Source of the DNA: Myxococcales bacterium UBA4248
GTDB taxonomy: Bacteria; Myxococcota_A; Bradymonadia; UBA4248
Assembly (NCBI GenBank): GCA_002395385.1
Contig: DGWW01000224.1
Span: 1-55,092 of the forward strand
DNA length: 55,092 nt
Direction of reading: 5' to 3'
The notes below the pieces were generated by a model. The model was not told the origin of the DNA. It made no database searches and worked only from the letters and a program-made list of their open reading frames with translations. The position numbers and the translations under genes are program-made. Shown here piece by piece: positions 54,426-55,092 of the stretch (position 1 is its first letter; each line of letters opens with the position of its first letter).

Positions 54426-55092
54426 ATTTTGAGAAACTTTGCCGGAATTGTGTTTCTTAATTTCCACACAATGTTCATAGGATTCGAACCTTCAAATTCG
54501 ACAAAATCTGAAAGTCCAAGAAAGGTGTATGGTGCAGCCCCCAGTTTAGTATTTTTATACTCACGAACGAAAATCATCACATTTGTCCCCATCTCACGAT
54601 GACGGATATACCTCTGTCCTGTCTTGCTCTGTGGTGTTGTTGTACTCTGGCTCTGCCAATGGAATAGTTCATTATTAATGGAGTAATCATTATACATAGT
54701 TGTTGGAGAATAATCCTTATCCGACTTGTTGAGTGTTACAAACAGCAAGTCAGTCTTTATATCTTCCAGATATTTTACACCTTCACGGACATTATCTGGC
54801 TTCATGAAGCCTAGCGCCACAAGAATCTGATCTCTTGTATAACTACAATGCACATCAAGTGGACAATCATAATCCACCTGTACTGGTTCACTGATGAAGT
54901 CTATTTTATCTTTTTTATATTTAAGCAATCCAATGATTTCCGCGAGCATCACAGGGGAATTCGCAATCATTCTGAAACCTTCAAACAAGTCGCCGAAGCC
55001 ACAGGCTTCATAGGGTTTCTGCCAAATGGTGAATTGTAACATCTGCCACATTCTTTGTTGTACTCTACTAAAATCGCTGATAGTGTATTTGT
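54401..55092 (-). CDS. DUF3427-type C-terminal domain of a helicase-family protein (partial, runs off the window)
   Basis: YSPTTMYNDYSINNELFHWQSQSTTTPQSKTGQRYIRH...VMIFVRE...APYTFLGLSDFVEFEGSNPMNIVWKL matches my recall of DUF3427. The frame is open to the window edge. The region is AT-rich. Confidence 0.7.
   Translation of the reverse strand, partial: KYTISDFSRVQQRMWQMLQFTIWQKPYEACGFGDLFEGFRMIANSPVMLAEIIGLLKYKKDKIDFISEPVQVDYDCPLDVHCSYTRDQILVALGFMKPDNVREGVKYLEDIKTDLLFVTLNKSDKDYSPTTMYNDYSINNELFHWQSQSTTTPQSKTGQRYIRHREMGTNVMIFVREYKNTKLGAAPYTFLGLSDFVEFEGSNPMNIVWKLRNTIPAKFLKITNQVLVG

Overview
This is a 55-kb bacterial chromosomal window using the standard genetic code. TGA, TAA and TAG all terminate confident genes. 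The sequence has a mid-GC backbone interrupted by visibly AT-rich islands.

Backbone genes:
- GTP-dependent PEP carboxykinase
- a complete pilM-N-O-P-Q type IVa pilus assembly operon
- an Slt-type lytic transglycosylase
- a RumA-type rRNA methyltransferase
- clpX, era and der

The backbone also carries many secreted or lipoprotein genes rich in cysteine repeats. These include a 1021-aa Myxococcus-type Cys-repeat protein with a fibro-slime/PA14-like domain, an IgGFc-binding-like protein, and a 660-aa Cys-rich lipoprotein. Together with the GTP-PEPCK and a ppdK remnant, this suggests a Fibrobacterota-like host, or possibly Myxococcota/Bdellovibrionota-like. That taxonomic call is tentative.

Accessory regions:
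- 25.8-30.4 kb: an AT-rich island of unknown genes. Two of them share a C-terminal wHTH-like motif, and each lies behind a GATC-dense repeat array.
- 42.0-45.2 kb: small Cys-rich lipoprotein genes, three of them disrupted.
- 45.5-48.2 kb: a decaying DpnII-type (GATC) restriction-modification cassette. Only the Dam-like methylase is intact, and the cassette is fused to a degraded yhcG-like nuclease gene.
- 48.4-54.0 kb: a 5.5-kb segment bracketed by ~103-bp direct repeats derived from a ppdK 3' end plus terminator. It carries a radical SAM/SPASM enzyme with an adjacent low-complexity lipoprotein, an Fe-alcohol dehydrogenase, a Fic protein and a MntA/HepT toxin-antitoxin pair.
- Right edge: a ppdK remnant abutting an AT-rich gene for a DUF3427-type helicase C-terminus.

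Nearly every intergenic spacer is filled with families of nested palindromic REP-like repeats that keep conserved frames while their stems covary.

I recognised no rRNA, tRNA or CRISPR array. All homology calls come from motif and sequence recall, not database searches.
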